NCBI GenBank assembly: GCA_944384515.1
Contig: CALWTU010000020.1
Coordinates: forward strand, 1 to 53,527
DNA from: an uncultured Clostridia bacterium
GTDB lineage: Bacteria; Bacillota; Clostridia; Oscillospirales; CAG-272
Direction: 5' to 3'
Length of the DNA: 53,527 nucleotides
Shown: positions 36,601 through 46,585 of the stretch, piece after piece
Layout: each line of letters opens with the position of its first letter
Position numbering within the stretch: the first letter of the stretch is position 1
The notes under the pieces: generated by a model
The model's input: only the letters and a program-made list of their open reading frames with translations
Databases searched by the model: none
Told to the model about the DNA's origin: nothing
Made by a program: the position numbers and the translations under genes

Positions 36601-38934
36601 TTAGATCAAAGCCTCGTCGCTCCTTGAAAGTTTGAACACCTCGCTGTCCTTGGAGACCTCCCTTGCCAATGCCGCCTCTCTTGCGCGGCAGGTGAAAATG
36701 AAGCTCTGATAGTTATCGTCAGCCAGATATTTTATAGCCTTCATCATAAGGTTTGCCCTGATATTGTCCTGATGAGCGAAGCTCTCGTCAAAGATAATCG
36801 GCGGCTTTTCCGTATAAAGCATGTCGACAAGCGCCATTCTGAGTGCAACATAGGTAAGATCCCTTGTTCCTCCCGACAAAAAGTCAACCGATCTCGACTC
36901 ACCTGTCGGGCTCTTGAAGACTACCTCAAGTCCGTTCGAAACATCAAAGCTCTCGTATTTCTTATCAGTCATGATTTCCATAAGTTTTGTGGAATACTCG
37001 CCGAGTCTGGGTGAGATCTCAAGTCTCAGATTGTCCGCAGAGTTCTCGATAGCCTTAAGTGCGACATAATATGCTTTATGCTCTGCCTTAAGCTCCTCAA
37101 TTCTCTGGTCGTTTGCCTGTATCTTCGAATAAAGCTCACCGGGGTCCATGGCGCGCATCTTCAGAAGTGAAAGCTCATACTCCACATCCTCACTGAGTTT
37201 ATCCTGCGCCATAATCTTGAGTTTGCAGTCCTCAATACCCTCCATAATCGAGTCATGGTCAATCTCATTGAGCACCTTTCTCTTGAGCGGCGGTACCTGC
37301 GCCCTGACATCAATCTCGCTCTTGTCCTGAAGGGAGGCACGAAGCTCTCTGACCTTTATCTCAAGCTGCATTTTCTCATCAAGCAGTTTGTCTCTGCCCT
37401 CAAGGTACTTGGTTGCGTCCTCATTCAGTTTGTCGAGAAACTCGTTGAGTCCGGATGCGGGCGGTTCCTCGCCCCATCTGAGGATAACCTCAAGAAGTTC
37501 ATCCTTTGCTCTCTCGTAATTTTCTTTTCCGCGCTCGACTGCAAGCCTTGCGTTTTCGGTACTGCGTATCATACCGTCCCTCTTTGCCCTCGCCTCGGCA
37601 ATAACCTGAATTTTCATACCGAGTTCCGAAATGGTTGAGGTCGAGAAAGTCTCTTCAAGCTCTTTCATTCTGTCAAGATTCTTCTTGAGAAGCACAACCG
37701 ACATGCCGAGCAAAGCAACTCCGAGTGCAAGAACAAGACCGAACGCAATCCTCAAAACCGTGCCGAGTATTCCACTCGGCGCAACAATCTCCATGACTAT
37801 CGCCGCAATAATAAACAGCGCAGAACCGACTATTGACAAAATATTCTTCATGCCATGCTTTTTAAGCGTGGCAACCTTGTCCTCAACTTCCTTTTCTCCT
37901 CCGAGAGAATCCGAAAGCTCAATCGCGCCCTCTATCTCCCGCGTAATGCCGACAGCGTTCTTTTCCTCAGCATAAAGGCTGTTCGCATCAAGCAAATTGC
38001 GGTATGCGTCATCAACACCCTTCCTTGCAACCGCAAGGTCGGACAGATACTGCCTATCCGGCACAAAGTTCTGCTTTTTGTGCGCCTCTACATAGGCATT
38101 ATATTCCTCGCACTTCTCGTCATATTCACGCTCAAGGTCATGCAGTCTGTCAAAATCCCCGATAATCAGCACATTTTTATAGCAGTTGTCAAGATCCATG
38201 AGTTTGTCGAGAAGCTCTGCCTGCTGGTCGCGGTATTTCTTTATCTCGTAAAGCTTTGCCTCCTTTGCGAGAATTTCCTTGTTGTCCTCGTCCGCCTTTT
38301 TGAACTTCGCCTCAAACTCGTCTCCCCGGCGCATCAGATCGAATATCGCGCCGCCCATTCCGTTTTTATGAAGCAGAGTCTCCATCTTCTCGGACACCCT
38401 CTGTGCCGCCCTCTGATTGTTTATCCTCTCGCTTCCCGAGAAGAGAATATTCTCAATCGACTCCTTGACCGAGCCCTCATTGATTCCGGCGTCGCCTATC
38501 TGACCGATAAATGCGGTGTTCTCAAAGAGCTCACGGCTCACACCGAAAAACACCTCTCCCGCCGGCATCTTGCCGAACACGGAAGAGCCTGTCTCAAGGT
38601 CGATAATAGAGTTTGTCTCACGGTATGTGGGACGGGTTGTATTTCCCTCTGTAAGAATGCTCGAACGGGTGATAAGGTATTTCTTGCCCTTTACGGAGAC
38701 ATTCATGCTTCCCTGCGCCTCTCCGGTATCCCAGTTAATACGCCGCTCACGCTCGGTGCAGCCCTGAGAAAAATCGCTGTTGTCAAATCCGTAGAGCATA
38801 TACTTGATAAATGCGGAAATCGTACTCTTTCCCGCTTCATTCTGTCCCTCAATAACATTGATGGACTCTGAAAACTCAAGCGCCATATCACGGATCATAC
38901 CAAAGCTCTTGATAGTAATCTTCTCGATAATCAT
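36601..38934 (-). CDS. Rad50/SMC-like ABC ATPase with a central two-helix membrane hairpin (YhaN-like)
   Basis: Walker A GQNEAGKST at the N-terminus. Long coiled-coil arms. A hydrophobic hairpin at aa ~364-416 (nt 37687-37845). The C-terminus has signature LSGGTRD and Walker B IIFDES. RBS GGAGG overlaps the stop of the upstream gene. Confidence 0.8.
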   Translation of the reverse strand: MIIEKITIKSFGMIRDMALEFSESINVIEGQNEAGKSTISAFIKYMLYGFDNSDFSQGCTERERRINWDTGEAQGSMNVSVKGKKYLITRSSILTEGNTTRPTYRETNSIIDLETGSSVFGKMPAGEVFFGVSRELFENTAFIGQIGDAGINEGSVKESIENILFSGSERINNQRAAQRVSEKMETLLHKNGMGGAIFDLMRRGDEFEAKFKKADEDNKEILAKEAKLYEIKKYRDQQAELLDKLMDLDNCYKNVLIIGDFDRLHDLEREYDEKCEEYNAYVEAHKKQNFVPDRQYLSDLAVARKGVDDAYRNLLDANSLYAEEKNAVGITREIEGAIELSDSLGGEKEVEDKVATLKKHGMKNILSIVGSALFIIAAIVMEIVAPSGILGTVLRIAFGLVLALGVALLGMSVVLLKKNLDRMKELEETFSTSTISELGMKIQVIAEARAKRDGMIRSTENARLAVERGKENYERAKDELLEVILRWGEEPPASGLNEFLDKLNEDATKYLEGRDKLLDEKMQLEIKVRELRASLQDKSEIDVRAQVPPLKRKVLNEIDHDSIMEGIEDCKLKIMAQDKLSEDVEYELSLLKMRAMDPGELYSKIQANDQRIEELKAEHKAYYVALKAIENSADNLRLEISPRLGEYSTKLMEIMTDKKYESFDVSNGLEVVFKSPTGESRSVDFLSGGTRDLTYVALRMALVDMLYTEKPPIIFDESFAHQDNIRANLMMKAIKYLADDNYQSFIFTCRAREAALAREVSKDSEVFKLSRSDEALI

Positions 38935-38943
38935 AACGGCCTC

Positions 38944-39648
38944 CTATTCGTCCCATCCCGTGTCGGATGACAGAAATTTTATACTTCTCTTAACAGAATC
39001 CTTGGAGTTATACCAAGGCTCTTCGTCATATCTGTAATCAAATTTTTTGCAAAACCAGGAAACATCTCCCTTAAGCGAGCTGACATACTCAAGTTCGATT
39101 TTGTGTATCTGCTGATAAAACTCCGAAAAATTCTTCTTTTTCATCTTCTTTGACGCATAGTCGACAATCCGCCTGTAATGAGGCAGGCAAAAGCACTTTG
39201 CACCCGAGAACTTCTCTCTGAACTGAAAATCGCTCTCCCAGAGGTAAACTGCCGTTGAAATCATAGCAGAGAGATTTTTGTCTATCCTCTCGCAGATGTA
39301 GCAGCTGTGCTCAAGTTTTTCAAGCGACTCAAGAGCGCCCGAGGGTTTCAGCCCGAGAAGAGACTTTGCGTCGACCTTTTTTATAACGCTCTCAAGATGG
39401 CTCTCGAGAATCAAACCTATGCCGAGCATCCTCTGTCTTCTGTGCATCATATTGAAATGGGCGCCGCAGAAGCCGAGCTCATTAGTCTTTATCCTGATAT
39501 CCGGCTCCATCATGGATGCGCCGAGAATGATATCAAGCTCGTCATTCTGAAGCCGTTTATACAGAATACAAAAGGGGCAGGAGCACTCCTGCTTTTCCAA
39601 AATATAATCGAACGCTTCGTTGACAGGTATTGTATAAATCTGCTCCAT
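38944..39648 (-). CDS. Cys/His-motif (probable zinc-binding) protein of unknown function, DUF6062-like
   Basis: 234 aa with two similar motif sets: CSCPFC...FCGAH and CYIC...CFCLPH. ATG at 39648 follows a G-run RBS. The stop lies 10 nt before the YhaN-like start. The DUF name is from memory only. Confidence 0.6.
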   Translation of the reverse strand: MEQIYTIPVNEAFDYILEKQECSCPFCILYKRLQNDELDIILGASMMEPDIRIKTNELGFCGAHFNMMHRRQRMLGIGLILESHLESVIKKVDAKSLLGLKPSGALESLEKLEHSCYICERIDKNLSAMISTAVYLWESDFQFREKFSGAKCFCLPHYRRIVDYASKKMKKKNFSEFYQQIHKIELEYVSSLKGDVSWFCKKFDYRYDEEPWYNSKDSVKRSIKFLSSDTGWDE

Positions 39649-39682
39649 TGAAAATCCCCCCGAAAAAGTGACAAAAATATCC

Positions 39683-39711
39683 TTGAAAATTCAAAATCCG
39701 TGTGATAAAAT
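39683..39711 (+). promoter_or_regulatory. candidate ogg promoter
   Basis: TTGAAA (39683-39688), a 17-nt spacer, then TAAAAT (39706-39711) with TGa directly upstream. Confidence 0.5.
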
Positions 39712-39727
39712 ATATTATAATAACAAT

Positions 39728-39756
39728 ATTATACTATATGAAAAATAATTTTTCAA
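39728..39756 (-). promoter_or_regulatory. candidate promoter of the Cys-motif protein/YhaN-like operon
   Basis: Minus strand has TTGAAA (39756..39751), a 17-nt spacer, then TATAAT (39733..39728). Confidence 0.55.
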
Positions 39757-39768
39757 GGGGAAAAACGA

Positions 39769-40722
39769 ATGTTTTACGAAATAAAAAAAGAAATGGGGAA
39801 AAAGGATATAATCCGTGTTTATGATATCGGAGAGTATTCGCTCGCCGACACAATGGAATGCGGACAGTGCTTCAGATACGAAAAGACAGCCGATACGGTA
39901 GAGTACTCCGAATATATCACGATAATCGGAAACATGATAGTGCGTGTCGGTCAGTACAAAGCGGGAGAACTCTTCTTCTACGACACTGACGAAGAGAGCT
40001 TCAACAGAGTAATACGCCCGTACTTTGATCTTGATACAGACTACTCTCGGATAAGGGAGGACATTGCAAAGCGCACAGATTCTCAGTGGCTCAAAGACGC
40101 AATTAACTCTGCGTCGGGCATTGCCATACTGAGGCAGGCGCCGTTTGAGACACTGATATCATTCATTATCTCTCAAAACAATAATATTCCCCGTATCAGA
40201 AAGATCATAAGGTCTATATCTGCGGAGTACGGTGCAAATATTTGTTTACAAAACGACATAAAAAGCTGTCCGCTCGGCAAGATAAGCGGCACTCCGTGTG
40301 AAGAAATATGCAAAGAATGCGGCATATGCTACACCTTTCCGACAGCGAGTGAGATTGCATCAAACCCCGAACTGCTCAAAAAATCCAACCCCGGTTTCAG
40401 ATACAAATACATAGTCGACGCCGTGGAAAAAATCAACACGGGTGCCATCTCGCTTGAAAAAATCGGTGCTGCAAGGACATGTGATCATGTGATTAAGTCC
40501 CTCAAGGGCATAAAAGGCGTGGGAGACAAGGTTGCAAGCTGTGTTGCGCTGTTCGCATACACGAGGCTCGACGCCTTCCCGATAGATGTGTGGATGAAGC
40601 GTGCGATTGACACATATTTTAACGGAAATCTCGACACGGATGCCCTCGGCAGATACAAAGGCGTCGCCCAGCAGTATATCTTCCACTACATAAGAATGCT
40701 TGATAAGAACAAAACCACATAA
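39769..40722 (+). CDS. ogg: 8-oxoguanine DNA glycosylase, OGG1-type (HhH-GPD)
   Basis: N-terminal OGG_N-like CGQCFRY. HhH-GPD segment GIKGVGDKVASCVALF carrying the catalytic Lys, then PIDVWM carrying the Asp. A Cys-rich insertion lies at aa ~157-188. Confidence 0.85.
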   Translation: MFYEIKKEMGKKDIIRVYDIGEYSLADTMECGQCFRYEKTADTVEYSEYITIIGNMIVRVGQYKAGELFFYDTDEESFNRVIRPYFDLDTDYSRIREDIAKRTDSQWLKDAINSASGIAILRQAPFETLISFIISQNNNIPRIRKIIRSISAEYGANICLQNDIKSCPLGKISGTPCEEICKECGICYTFPTASEIASNPELLKKSNPGFRYKYIVDAVEKINTGAISLEKIGAARTCDHVIKSLKGIKGVGDKVASCVALFAYTRLDAFPIDVWMKRAIDTYFNGNLDTDALGRYKGVAQQYIFHYIRMLDKNKTT

Positions 40723-40888
40723 CAGTGCCTCGTATAACTCCGGAGCATAGAGTTACGGGCAAAGAACACAGCTCCGAGCGAGCATAATTGAAAAACTCAC
40801 ACGGTTTAATACCTTAATAAAGCAGGCATAATTTTTAAAGCTGATATCTTTATTTGTAATTTGCATTTTTTAGGTTTTACAGAATACT

Positions 40889-40933
40889 GAAAACGGAGGA
40901 CAGGATTTTCCCTGTTCCTCCGTTTTGATTTTT
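40889..40933. terminator. bidirectional intrinsic terminator between ogg and infB
   Basis: ACGGAGGACAGG-attttc-CCTGTTCCTCCGT (12-bp stem, one bulged T), flanked by AAAA upstream and TTTTGATTTTT downstream. Confidence 0.75.
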
Positions 40934-41114
40934 GGGTTTCGATTCTTATGTTTTATTTAAGGGTTGTAGTTTTGAGTTTTTGTAAAAATAGGATTAATGC
41001 AAAACAGAAGGCGCATATCTTGCCCACACGAAAACTCAAGGCGCAGAGCGCACCTGCACACCGCTTCATACATTTTGCCGTATATCAAGTGTACCTCAAA
41101 AGAGTGGGATATTA

Positions 41115-44093
41115 TTATACCCTTTTAACCTCTTCCATTATAAATGCCTCGAGGATATCCCCCTCTTTAATATCGTTGAACTTCTCAAGTCCGACACCGC
41201 ACTCATAGCCCTCATTTACTTCTTTGACATCGTCCTTAAATCTTCTGAGTGAAGAGATCTTATCCTCAAATATCACTATTCCGTCACGCACGATACGAAT
41301 CTGTGCCTGGCGTGTAATCTTACCGTCACGGACATAACAGCCCGCAATGGTTCCGACATTAGGCACACGGATAGTCTGGCGCACCTCTGCATGACCGAGA
41401 AGGTTTTCCTTATATGTCGGAGCAAACAGTCCCTTCATCGCCGCCTCTATCTCGTCTATGATCTCATAGATTATACGGTGGGTACGGATGTCTACACCGT
41501 TTCTCTCCGCAGAGTCAAGCGCATTCTTATCCGGGCGCACATTAAATCCTGTGATAATAGCGTTAGATGCGGCGGCAAGCATTACATCGCTCTCGGTAAT
41601 ACCGCCGACAGCACTGTGAATTACATTTACCTTTACCTCATCGCATGAAAGCTTCAGCAAGGATGCCTTTACAGCCTCGGCAGAACCCGCAACATCCGCT
41701 TTTACAATAATATTAAGCGTCTTGACACCGTCTGCAATCTGAGTAAACAGATCATCAAGATTTACTCTTGCGTTTGCGTTGAGAATTTCCTGACGCATCT
41801 TTTCACGGCGCTGCTCGGCAAGGTTTCTCGCCATCTTCTCATCCTCTACTGCGTTGAGCTCATCTCCCGCCTGCGGAACGTCGTCAAGACCCACTATCTC
41901 AACCGGAACAGACGGTCCCGCCGACTTGATGTTCTTGCCCTTGTCGTCGGTCATCGCTCTGACACGGCCGACAGCATTGCCGACGATAACATAGTCTCCC
42001 TGGTGCAGTGTTCCGTTCTGTACAAGCACGGTAGCAACAGGTCCTCTTCCCCTGTCAAGCTTAGACTCAATAACAAGTCCCTTCGCTCTCCTGTTGGGAT
42101 TTGCTTTAAGCTCCTTAACCTCAGCAACAAGCAGTATGCTCTCAAGCAGGTCCTCAATACCCATGCCGGTATGCGCCGAGACAGGCACGCAGATTACATC
42201 TCCGCCCCACTCCTCGGGAACAAGCTCATACTGAGTAAGCTGATTCAATACGTTATCCGGATTTGCATGCTGTTTATCCATCTTGTTTATAGCAACGATA
42301 ACATCTACTCCCGCTGCCTTTGCATGGTTTATCGCCTCAATCGTCTGCGGCATTACACCGTCATCGGCGGCAACAACAAGAATGGCTATATCCGTAGACT
42401 TGGCGCCCCTCATTCTCATTGCCGTGAATGCCTCGTGACCGGGAGTATCAAGGAATGTAATGTCTTTGCCGTTTACTTTAACTCTGTAAGCACCGATAGC
42501 CTGAGTAATTCCTCCTGCCTCGCCCCTTGTCACATTCGTATGTCTTATTGCGTCAAGTATGGAAGTTTTTCCGTGGTCGACATGTCCCATTACACAAACG
42601 ACGGGAGCACGCTCCTCAAGGTCGCTTATATCGTCCTCTGCCTCGGTAAAGAGTTTTTCCTCAATTGTAACAACAACTTCCTTTGTAACCTTGGCGCCGA
42701 ACTCATCTGCGATTATCTCCGCTGTGGCAAAATCCACAACATCGTTTACGCCCTTCATCTCGCCCATAAGCATAAGCTTTTTGATAACCTCGGCAGAGCT
42801 CTTCTTAAGTCTTGAGGACAGCTCGCTTACGGTAATCTCATCCGGGACGGTTATCTCAAGCTGCTTGTTTCTTGCGCGCTCGGCTTCCATCTTCTTGATT
42901 TTTTCCTGAGCGAGTCTCTCTTTATCCTTTGCACTCTTGGTGTTTGTGCCGCGGTTATCCTGCTTTTTGAGCTTCTGCTTTGAAGCCTTGGTATCGTTGC
43001 CGTTTACCACCGAGAAATACTGATCATTGTAGTGGTCATCATACTTGGAAAGATCCACATCCGATGTTCTCGTATCAACAATTCTCGTTTTCTGCGGCTC
43101 GGCAGTATATGTTGAATCGAGATTTACGCCGCCCTTGACTTTGGATTTGTCTATTACGGGAGCAATAGTGCGGAACTGCTGCTTCTGCGGCTTTTTCTCC
43201 TCTTTCTTCTGCTGCGGCTGGGGCTGAGGCTGAGTCTGAGCCGAATTTTTCTGCGCCTGTGCCTGTGCCTGCTTCTGGAGCATCATCTGCTCTGCCGGGC
43301 GAAGTGCAGAAGAAGATTTTGCGGCAGTCGCTTCTGTGCCCTTGTTATCCTGCACCGCAGGTCTTGACTGCTGGTTCTTCTGCTCAAAGCCTGCCTGCTG
43401 TGCCTTCTGCACATATGCCTCGGAATTGCGTCTGTCCCTGTTGTTAAGCTGCTCGCGGCGCTTTGCAAACGGGTCAAAAGGCGCACTCTGTCCGTCGCCG
43501 TATTTGCCGTATCCTCTGTTATCATGGTTTGGTGTGCGCTCAAAATTCTTCTTATCCTTGCCGAATTTATTGTTTGCGCCCTGGGACGGAGTGCCGTGGT
43601 TCTGAGCGGGTTTGAACTGAGAATTTCTGTCGTCACCAACCCTCTCTGCTCTTACATCCTTTTGCATATCGCCCTTGCCGAGTCCTCTGTTTTCTTTATT
43701 CACTCCGGTCTTTGGCTGTGCGGGGGAGTGTCTGATATCCTCCTGCTTTTGCTCCTCTTTTACGGTATCCTTTACCTCTTTTGGAGCCTCGCTCGCCGTC
43801 TCGGTCTTTAAGCCCGCTTCAGTCTCGACTTTTGATTCTGCTTTGGCATTCGCTTTCTCATCCTTTGTGACAGCAACGCTGACACTGCCGTTGCTGTAAG
43901 CCTCCATATCCTTTATCTGATGAGAAAATGTCACATGCTCGACAAATAAATCAAACTCGTCGCTTGAGACGGTTGCCCCCGTCTTCTTCTCAATTCCGAG
44001 CTCCTTGAATATGTCAAGAACATCCTTGCTCTTCATGTCAAAGTTCTTTATTAAATCTGTCAGTTTTATATTGGTCTTTTCATTTTCTGCCAT
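41115..44093 (-). CDS. infB: translation initiation factor IF-2
   Basis: 992 aa. The N-terminal region is low-complexity and Q/K/P-rich. GTPase motifs are [14 protein letters not shown] and NKMD. The C-terminus is conserved IF-2. Confidence 0.98.
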   Translation of the reverse strand: MAENEKTNIKLTDLIKNFDMKSKDVLDIFKELGIEKKTGATVSSDEFDLFVEHVTFSHQIKDMEAYSNGSVSVAVTKDEKANAKAESKVETEAGLKTETASEAPKEVKDTVKEEQKQEDIRHSPAQPKTGVNKENRGLGKGDMQKDVRAERVGDDRNSQFKPAQNHGTPSQGANNKFGKDKKNFERTPNHDNRGYGKYGDGQSAPFDPFAKRREQLNNRDRRNSEAYVQKAQQAGFEQKNQQSRPAVQDNKGTEATAAKSSSALRPAEQMMLQKQAQAQAQKNSAQTQPQPQPQQKKEEKKPQKQQFRTIAPVIDKSKVKGGVNLDSTYTAEPQKTRIVDTRTSDVDLSKYDDHYNDQYFSVVNGNDTKASKQKLKKQDNRGTNTKSAKDKERLAQEKIKKMEAERARNKQLEITVPDEITVSELSSRLKKSSAEVIKKLMLMGEMKGVNDVVDFATAEIIADEFGAKVTKEVVVTIEEKLFTEAEDDISDLEERAPVVCVMGHVDHGKTSILDAIRHTNVTRGEAGGITQAIGAYRVKVNGKDITFLDTPGHEAFTAMRMRGAKSTDIAILVVAADDGVMPQTIEAINHAKAAGVDVIVAINKMDKQHANPDNVLNQLTQYELVPEEWGGDVICVPVSAHTGMGIEDLLESILLVAEVKELKANPNRRAKGLVIESKLDRGRGPVATVLVQNGTLHQGDYVIVGNAVGRVRAMTDDKGKNIKSAGPSVPVEIVGLDDVPQAGDELNAVEDEKMARNLAEQRREKMRQEILNANARVNLDDLFTQIADGVKTLNIIVKADVAGSAEAVKASLLKLSCDEVKVNVIHSAVGGITESDVMLAAASNAIITGFNVRPDKNALDSAERNGVDIRTHRIIYEIIDEIEAAMKGLFAPTYKENLLGHAEVRQTIRVPNVGTIAGCYVRDGKITRQAQIRIVRDGIVIFEDKISSLRRFKDDVKEVNEGYECGVGLEKFNDIKEGDILEAFIMEEVKRV

Positions 44094-44130
44094 TTATGTC
44101 ACCATATTTCCAAATGTAGGAAACTTCCTT

Positions 44131-44463
44131 TCATAAAGTTGTCTCGGACAGCACCGCTGATTTTATAAGCTCGGCAAATCCGCCGTCACTCACTCCCACT
44201 CCCGCAGGAGCATAACTCTTTCCGAGCAGCTGCCCTAAACTCTCTGTGTCCATATCTATCCTCACCGAGGGAATATTGTAAAAGCCGCATTTTTTCTCTA
44301 ACTTTAAAGCCGTGTTCTCCGAGGCGGATTTCGATATAACGACAAGCTTTATCTTGCCCTTGCCCATCATGGCGCATATCTGATCAACGCCGAACACAAG
44401 TTTGCCGGCACGCATCGCAAATCCGAGCATACCCTTTATACGAATTTCTCTTTTACTGTTCAA
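44131..44463 (-). CDS. ylxQ: L7Ae/L30e family RNA-binding protein (YlxQ)
   Basis: LGFAMRAGKLVFG motif. It lies between ylxR and infB. The TTG start at 44463 is preceded by AAGGAG and forms a TTGA overlap with the ylxR stop. Confidence 0.85.
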   Translation of the reverse strand: MNSKREIRIKGMLGFAMRAGKLVFGVDQICAMMGKGKIKLVVISKSASENTALKLEKKCGFYNIPSVRIDMDTESLGQLLGKSYAPAGVGVSDGGFAELIKSAVLSETTL

Positions 44464-44723
44464 GGAGCCAGCTCCTTTTCAAGTTTTTCATATACCTCGT
44501 CGGGTATTGCGCATTCAAGAGAACTCTCAAGCCTCTTTGCCTTGCGTGCTTTTTTCAGGCATGCGACGCTTTTGCAAATATATGCCCCTCTGCCCGATTT
44601 CTTTCCGGTAAGGTCAAGGACAATCTCTCCGTCCGGAGTTCTGAGCACACGGATAAGCTCCTTTTTCGGAAAATGCTCGCCGCACCCCGTACATCTCCTC
44701 ACCGGTTGTTTTCTTACCGTCAT
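44460..44723 (-). CDS. ylxR: YlxR/RnpM family (DUF448) RNA-binding protein
   Basis: RRCTGCGEHFPKKELIRV motif. It occupies the canonical position after nusA. Confidence 0.88.
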   Translation of the reverse strand: MTVRKQPVRRCTGCGEHFPKKELIRVLRTPDGEIVLDLTGKKSGRGAYICKSVACLKKARKAKRLESSLECAIPDEVYEKLEKELAP

Positions 44724-44742
44724 ATTATTCCCCTCTTTAACA

Positions 44743-45777
44743 TCAAGCCTTGATATCTATCTTACATCCTGTAAGTTTAGCCACAAGCTTTGCGTTCTGT
44801 CCTTCCTTTCCGATAGCAAGCGAGAGCTGATCCTCCGCAACGATAACCTTGCAGGAACGCTCACCGTCAAGCTCAACCGAAATAGCCTTTGCGGGAGAGA
44901 GTGCCTCTCTTACATAATCCGCAAGATTTTCGCTGTACTTGATTATATCTACCTTCTCGTTTCCGAGCTCCTTAAGTATTGCGGAAATTCTCATACCGTT
45001 CTTACCGATGCATGAGCCGATAGGATCGACATTCTCATCCCTTGACTCAACCGCAATCTTTGTGCGGCTGCCCGCCTCACGGGATATGCCCTTTATAACA
45101 ATCGTGCCATCGCTGATCTCGGGAATCTCAAGTTCAAAGAGCCTCTTTACAAAGCTTGGATGTATTCTCGAAAGAGTTACGATAGGACCTCTTGTCTCGC
45201 CGCTCTTAACCTCGGAAATAAACACCTTGAGTCTGTCTCCCACATCAAAGCTCTCGCCGGGAATCTGCTCGCTCTTAAGAAGTTTGGCATAGCCTGTGCC
45301 GGTATAAAGAGTGAGGTTGCCCGTCGTGGTGTCGACTTTATCTACAACCGCGCTGATAATCTCCTCTTTCTTCTCCTCATACTGCTTTGTCTGTATTTCC
45401 CTCTCCGCATCACGGATAGCCTGGATAATCATCTGCTTTCCGGTAGTTGCGGAAATTCGCCTGAAATTTTTGGTCTTAAGCTCTGTCTCAACAATACCGC
45501 CGAGTTTGTTGCGTCGGCTGAGAGTCTTTGCCTCGCTCAGAGATATCTGAGATTTTGTATCCGTAACCTCTCCGTCGGGCACAACCGTTCTCTGCTGATA
45601 AACCTTAAGGTCCTGCTTTACCGGATCAAGATTTACTCTGATTACGGCGGTGGAACCGCCAATCTCCTTTTTGCAGGAATTTGCCAAAGCCGCCTCGATT
45701 TTGGTAATCATGTACTCCTTTTTAATTCCCTTTTCCTTCTCGATAAGGTCAAGGGCCTCAAAAAACTCCTTGTTCAT
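44743..45777 (-). CDS. nusA: transcription termination/antitermination factor NusA
   Basis: 344 aa with NusA N-terminal, S1 and two KH regions (GKNGMRISAI, GKEGQNAKLV). Confidence 0.97.
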   Translation of the reverse strand: MNKEFFEALDLIEKEKGIKKEYMITKIEAALANSCKKEIGGSTAVIRVNLDPVKQDLKVYQQRTVVPDGEVTDTKSQISLSEAKTLSRRNKLGGIVETELKTKNFRRISATTGKQMIIQAIRDAEREIQTKQYEEKKEEIISAVVDKVDTTTGNLTLYTGTGYAKLLKSEQIPGESFDVGDRLKVFISEVKSGETRGPIVTLSRIHPSFVKRLFELEIPEISDGTIVIKGISREAGSRTKIAVESRDENVDPIGSCIGKNGMRISAILKELGNEKVDIIKYSENLADYVREALSPAKAISVELDGERSCKVIVAEDQLSLAIGKEGQNAKLVAKLTGCKIDIKA

Positions 45778-45825
45778 TTTTTTCGTTTACCAAGTAATTT
45801 TCAAATTACTTCCTTTCATATATTA

Positions 45826-46284
45826 TTACTCAAAATAAATAGTGCTAATCTTGGAGATATTATCTCTGTTGAGCGTGCGCTCCCCGCCGTCCGAAATAAC
45901 GGTAACCGTATCCTTGTCAAAACCCGAAAGCTCGCCGACAAAGGACTTTGCCCCGTCAACTGCGCAAAACAGTTTAATCTCCACCCTCTCATTCAAAGAC
46001 GCCTCGAGGTGCTCGTCTGTGCGAAGCTCCCTCTCAACTCCGGGAGAGGAGACCTCAAGATAGTAAAAGCCCTCTATCGGATCCGCCTCGTCAAGAATGG
46101 GATCTATCGCCCTGTGAACTCTCTCACAGTCCTCAATATCAATTCCTTCATCCGAATCAATGGTTATCTCAAGGTGATAGTCCGCTCCTATCTTTGAATA
46201 CTGCACATCCCAGATTCTGTACCCGAGCTCGGTAACGGTCGGCAAAATTGCCTCTCTGACTGTCTCTTTAATACTCTTTTTCAT
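45826..46284 (-). CDS. rimP: ribosome maturation factor RimP
   Basis: Conserved position upstream of nusA, and a YLEVSSPGVERELR motif. Start is ATG 46284, after AGGAGG with a 5-nt spacer. The tracked 19-codon extension is unsupported. Confidence 0.9.
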   Translation of the reverse strand: MKKSIKETVREAILPTVTELGYRIWDVQYSKIGADYHLEITIDSDEGIDIEDCERVHRAIDPILDEADPIEGFYYLEVSSPGVERELRTDEHLEASLNERVEIKLFCAVDGAKSFVGELSGFDKDTVTVISDGGERTLNRDNISKISTIYFE

Positions 46285-46393
46285 TTTTGCCTCCTGCTTA
46301 CTCGTCATTATACCGCCTTTTGCGCTGCCTTGTATTTTCACTTTAGGTGCGGTATATTTTCGACTCGATTTTTATAGAAAACATGACTGTCCG

Positions 46394-46429
46394 AAATAAA
46401 CAAACGAGAGTGACCTGCGGGTCACTCTC
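46394..46429 (-). terminator. intrinsic terminator separating the orphan gene pair from rimP
   Basis: Minus strand reads GAGAGUGACC-cgca-GGUCACUCUC (10-bp perfect stem), followed by GUUUGUUUAUUU. Confidence 0.65.
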
Positions 46430-46585
46430 CTTGTATCATATTTTTACCATACTGATTATAACAGAAACATTTCAGAAAATCAATAGTTTTTTCGGATTTT
46501 TTTGCCTTTTTTTGAAAATATGCATCATAAATTAAAATTACATTTTAAATTTCTATTCAAAAACCGTCTCTGCGGTACAGTACTC

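Noticed and set aside
37855-38871. 338-aa plus-strand ORF
   Set aside because: It is antisense to the Rad50/YhaN-like gene, which has clear Walker and signature motifs. Its composition is L/V/K-rich, it has no motif and no RBS.
42003-42815. 270-aa plus-strand ORF
   Set aside because: It is antisense to the GTPase core of infB, so it is a shadow ORF.
45160-46197. 345-aa plus-strand ORF
   Set aside because: It is antisense to nusA and rimP and spans their intergenic region. That is incompatible with two strongly conserved genes on the other strand.
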